A stretch of 64,000 nt of DNA from Octopus vulgaris (Eukaryota). Location: positions 24,800,001-24,864,000 of the forward strand of contig OX597826.1 of NCBI GenBank assembly GCA_951406725.2, in the 5' to 3' direction. A program made the translations under genes and the position numbers. Positions 54,601-64,000 of the stretch are shown piece by piece. Numbering within the stretch: the first letter of the stretch is position 1; each line of letters opens with the position of its first letter. The notes under the pieces are model-generated. The model had not been told where the DNA came from, made no database searches, and was given only the letters and a program-made list of their open reading frames with translations.

Positions 54601-55272
54601 TTTTGTTTCTATTTTGATGCAATAGGCCCCAAATATTTAGCAAAAGTATTGGGGTGACGGCTGTGCAGGCGTTAGGGGAGGCCATCACGTGTCTGTTGAC
54701 AGTGGTGGTCTTGCATAGTGGTGGGCAGGGTTCCTTCTCTGTGCTTGGTGTATCCAGGTTAGCTGCTGGACAATCCTTTGCGCCATGCACAAAAAGACTC
54801 TTGCTCAGTTGCTGAGTTGCGCAGAACATCTGAGGAGCACACTTCTTTTCTGATTGCTTTCCTGGGAGACATTTCTTGTCTTCCCTCAGGAAAGCTCTTC
54901 TCTTTGAGTCCCCTGAAGCTCTGGCGGGGTGTCAGGTGGGCGAACCGGCAGTTTTTGCCGTCCTCCCCATGCCAACATTTGCCCGCAGGTTGAATTTACA
55001 GGTTCTTCGGTGCCTTCCAGATTTCTTCTTTCCTGAAGTATACTGGGTGGCATTGGATCCTCCATGGGGTTCTCTGCTGTTTGTGTGGTGGGTTGGGGTT
55101 TCAGCTTTGGTTGTTTTGCCTTTTCCTTCTTTTCCCTCCTTATTTTTGCTTTCGGTCCTTCCTATTTTCTTCTGTTTTTCTAATTTCTCATTTCTTTGTA
55201 GGACCACTGGTACAGGGGGGATTCCAGTTTCTGCTCCCTTTACTCCCCTATCCTTCACTACCTGGTCGTTCA
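51645..55272 (-). mobile_element. Near-full-length decayed CR1-group LINE (ORF1 remnant, APE endonuclease, RT)
   Basis: APE: GDFNFP, NNILDLCFTN, SDHNII; RT: NYRPISL, QHGFR, DFAKTFDKVDH, GVPQGTVLGPLLF, YADD; C-terminal YSLERRRER; many frameshifts. Confidence 0.93.
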
Positions 55273-55284
55273 TATATATATATA

Positions 55285-55332
<48 letters not shown>

Positions 55333-55520
55333 AACAATTTTTAAAGAGAACAACAATTATATATCCGCTGCATCGGAAGTCGGCAATGGCTCAATAACTA
55401 CTATCTCAGCTATAACCTTGGAGCCCTAGTAATCCGTTACACCACTTACCTAGCGTACCTAATCGTTTAGATCACCTGTAAATTAAACCCCCATACTTTG
55501 TGTGTGTGTGTGTGTGTGTT

Positions 55521-57305
<1,785 letters not shown>

Positions 57306-57371
57306 GTTTATTTTAAAAATATAAATATACGAAAGAATGGAGCTGAACGACGAATTAACAAAATTCCTTTA

Positions 57372-57454
57372 TTTTCGACATATGTTTCGAAGGCTGCATA
57401 TTCGTAATTGCGAAGGAAGAAGGAGTACATTATGCCGCTTTCTCATCAGGAAAA
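57372..57454 (-). ncRNA. Type I hammerhead, canonical core, GUC site
   Basis: Minus: ttttc-CTGATGA-gaaagc...gccttc-GAAAC-ATAT-GTC-gaaaa. Confidence 0.85.
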
Positions 57455-57557
57455 GCAAGGAACTTATGTCAACATCAAAATGCACAAAAACTTTTAGATG
57501 ATTGCTCACACGGAGCCCATAGCGATAATGAGTGTCTCTTTAAAATATTCCTTTATA

Positions 57558-57808
<251 letters not shown>

Positions 57809-57812
57809 TATA

Positions 57813-57900
<88 letters not shown>

Positions 57901-57915
57901 GATATTTTTTGTATA

Positions 57916-57968
<53 letters not shown>

Positions 57969-57985
57969 ATATTTCATATATATAT

Positions 57986-58051
<66 letters not shown>

Positions 58052-58093
58052 TAAACAAATTTATATAAAATATATATAATATATAATATATAT

Positions 58094-58127
<34 letters not shown>

Positions 58128-58133
58128 GATAAT

Positions 58134-58206
<73 letters not shown>

Positions 58207-58208
58207 TA

Positions 58209-58239
<31 letters not shown>

Positions 58240-58261
58240 ATATGATATATATGTATATATG

Positions 58262-58310
<49 letters not shown>

Positions 58311-58366
58311 ATATATATATGTATATATATATATTATATATATATTATTTTTTTTATTTTTAAATT

Positions 58367-58406
<40 letters not shown>

Positions 58407-58441
58407 AAAAAAAAAATAAAAAAAACAATATATATGTATAT

Positions 58442-58585
<144 letters not shown>

Positions 58586-58606
58586 GTATATATATATATG
58601 TATAGA

Positions 58607-59249
58607 AAATATTTAAAAATTGAGGGAGATAAATTAATATTAATTTTAATATCAATTTAAAACCAGTAGTCCAGCATTCAAAAAATCTGAGGAGTCAGAG
58701 AAAATTCAAATATATGTGTATATTGGCAGGGCTGGCCAGAATGCTTAGTCTTACTGATCACATCGGGAATAAAATTTCAAATGTCTTGGTTCCGGCGCGC
58801 TGAGAGACTCCTGAAGCGAAGGGCTGCAGTGAATAATTCACTGCGGGTAGTGCTTACAACTAGGGAACGTATTTATTTAAATATTTAAAAATTGAGGGAG
58901 ATAAATTAATATTAATTTTAATATCAATTGTAGTTTGATCGTTGATGATCTTTTTCTAGCATTCTCGCCGGCTACCTAGCAGGCCAGCCCTGCCAATATA
59001 CACATATATTTGAATTTTCTCTGACTCCTCAGATTTTTCGAATGCTGGACTACTGGTTTTAAATTGATATTAAAATTAATATTAATTTATCTCCCTCAAT
59101 TTTTAAATATTTAAATAAATACGTTCCCTAGTTGTAAGCACTACCCGCAGTGAATTATTCACTGCAGCCCTTCGCTTCAGGAGTCTCTCAGCGCGCCGGA
59201 ACCAAGACATTTGAAATTTTATTCCCGATGTAATCAGTAAGACTAAGCA
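58607..59249. repeat. Permuted inverted duplication
   Basis: 58607-58737 and 58742-58929 are reverse complements of the two overlapping halves of 58982-59249. Confidence 0.9.
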
Positions 59250-59308
59250 CGTGTCTGTCTTGACACAGAGAGCTGGGGTTAGTCTTGCGGTTTGCATCCC
59301 GAGGACCG

Positions 59309-59384
59309 AATGTACTGATGAAGTCACGGACACTTGAATTATGCAAGTAATTCTTTTGTTAAGACCGAAACCGAGGTATGCATT
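59309..59384 (+). ncRNA. Type I hammerhead, canonical core
   Basis: aatgta-CTGATGA-agtc...gacc-GAAAC-CGAG-GTA-tgcatt. Confidence 0.8.
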
Positions 59385-59502
59385 TAAGTCTGTTATTTAT
59401 ATAATTTTTCATATGTCATGCCCGCGAAAGTTGGTTCTGGTGTTCGCTGAATTCTTCCTCTAGAGAATTTCCCTTGTAGTTATATATGTATATATATATA
59501 TG

Positions 59503-59533
<31 letters not shown>

Positions 59534-59548
59534 GTATATATATATATG

Positions 59549-59617
<69 letters not shown>

Positions 59618-59972
59618 GTATATATATATATGTATATATATATATGTATATATATATATGTATATATATATGTATATATATATGTATATATATATATGTA
59701 TATATATATATGTATATATATGTATATATATATGTATATATATATGTATATATATTTGTATATATATATATGTATATATATATGTATATATATATGTATA
59801 TATATATGTATATATATATATATGTATATATATGTATATATATATATGTATATATATATGTATATATATGTATATATATATATATGTACATATATGTATA
59901 TATATGTATATATATGTATATATATATGTATATATATGTATATATATATATATGTATATATATATATGTATA

Positions 59973-60041
<69 letters not shown>

Positions 60042-60042
60042 G

Positions 60043-60097
<55 letters not shown>

Positions 60098-60263
60098 GTA
60101 TATGTATATATATATATGTATATATATATGTATATATATATGTATATATATATGTATATGTATATATATATGTATATATATATGTATATATATATGTATA
60201 TATATATGTATATATATATATATATAGATATGGATATATATATATGGATATATATATATGTAT

Positions 60264-60343
<80 letters not shown>

Positions 60344-60417
60344 TGATATATATATATATATATATATGTGATATATATGTGTGTATATATATATGTGTGT
60401 ATATATATATATATGTG

Positions 60418-60474
<57 letters not shown>

Positions 60475-60589
60475 GTATATATATGTATATATATATATAT
60501 GTATATATATATGTGTATATATATATGTATATATATATGTATGTATATATATATATATGTATATATATGTATGTATATATATATATATG

Positions 60590-60621
<32 letters not shown>

Positions 60622-60664
60622 TAAGAAAAAAGGTTTGAAAATGCAATTTAAACGATGTTTATTT

Positions 60665-60705
60665 ACTTAACCGGTTTCACTCTTTGGTAAAAGATTGTCA
60701 AAAGT
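60665..60705 (-). ncRNA. Type I hammerhead, U3-A8 variant
   Basis: Minus: actt-TTGACAA-tcttt(tacc)aaaga-gt-GAAAC-CG-GTT-aagt. Confidence 0.65.
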
Positions 60706-60719
60706 TACATTTAAGGAAA

Positions 60720-60947
60720 CATTGAATAATATGGGTTCAAAAAAGTTTTTTACATAATTGTCACATTGAATATTATGCATTCAAAAAAGTTTTTTACATA
60801 ATTGTCACATTGGATATTATGGGTTCAAAAAAAGTTTTTTACATAATTGTCACATTGAATATTATGCATTCAAAAAAGTTTTTTACATAATTGTCACATT
60901 GGATATTATGAATTCAAAAATGTTTTTTTATACATAATTGTCACATT
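60720..60947. repeat. ~43-bp tandem repeat, about 5 copies
   Basis: attg(a/g)atattatg..ttcaaaaaagttttttacataattgtcac. Confidence 0.9.
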
Positions 60948-61499
60948 ATTTGGGAAAATTTGGCAGAAAAGGATAAAACAAATATATTATTGGGAATTGG
61001 TTGCGTTAATTATTGGTTGTCGCAAATTGTCACATTACATGTATATATATACAATCTTTGGTATATATATACAGCGTTTTGACAGCAAAAATTAAAATGG
61101 ATTTTTTGTACATCTCAGAATATTTTAAGTATGTTTTTACTGACCTGTCAGTATTAGCAGAAAGGCTAAACTGAGAGAACAGAAGAAGTAGCCAATGTGG
61201 TGTATACTTCCCCTTTATGCATGAATGATTTTGGGGTTATCAGGAGGTTAGTATGCGGGTGTGAATAGATGTGTCCGTGCCTGCTGGTCAGACAGCGTCT
61301 GTTTGTCACACACATATATATACACACAAACACACACACACACAACAACACACACACACACACACATAGTATACAAACACACACCACATACAAACAACAC
61401 ACACACACACCCACACACAACGCACCCACATATATCACATATACACACAGCACACAAATATAACATGTATCTATATATATAACATACACAGATATATAA

Positions 61500-61544
<45 letters not shown>

Positions 61545-61812
61545 CACACGCACACATACATACATAATATAAATATCACACAAATACACCTAGCATATAT
61601 ATACACACATACAATACACACATACAGCATGTAAGTAATATACATACACAATATATGCATGCAATATACATACGCAATACATACATGTATGTATATATGT
61701 ATGTATTGCGTATGTAGGAATTTTAAATAGATACTCATTATCGCTATGGGCTCCGTGTGAGCAATCATCTAAAAGTTTTTTGTGCATTTTGATGTTGACA
61801 TAAGTTCCTTGC

Positions 61813-61895
61813 TTTTCCTGGTGAGAAAGCGGCATAGTGTACTCCTTCTTCCTTCGCAATTAGGAATATGCAGCCTTCGAAACATATGTCGAAAA
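61813..61895 (+). ncRNA. Hammerhead copy with mutated core (CUGGUGA)
   Basis: Inverted copy of 57372-57454. Confidence 0.6.
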
Positions 61896-61961
61896 TAAAG
61901 GAATTTTGTTAATTCGTCGTTCAGCTCCATTCTTTCATATATTTATATTTTTAAAATAAAC

Positions 61962-64000
<2,039 letters not shown>

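Overview
AT-rich eukaryotic DNA saturated with microsatellites ((TA)n, (CA)n, (TAA)n, (GA)n, (TATC)n) and mobile elements. The SINE and microsatellite make-up suggests a cephalopod, probably Octopus (inference). No intact host gene is supported, and nearly all ORFs in the track are microsatellite artefacts. Recognisable elements: a 5'-truncated R4/Dong-type RLE LINE in (TAA)n, a decayed near-full-length CR1-group LINE, two RTE 3' fragments, the GIY-YIG end of a Penelope-like element, about 25 tRNA-derived SINEs of four families, and a composite Helitron-like element (TC...hairpin-CTAG) carrying a gag/ORF1-like zinc-knuckle pseudogene. The main non-obvious signal is about 20 type I hammerhead ribozyme (HHR) motifs, intact, degenerate or split. 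They sit in short non-coding elements in or beside (TA)n tracts and include C3-G8, U3-A8 and G3-C8 core variants. Several lie in fold-back palindromes whose inversion points fall at the ribozyme core or stem I. All structures were read by eye, and none has been tested for activity.
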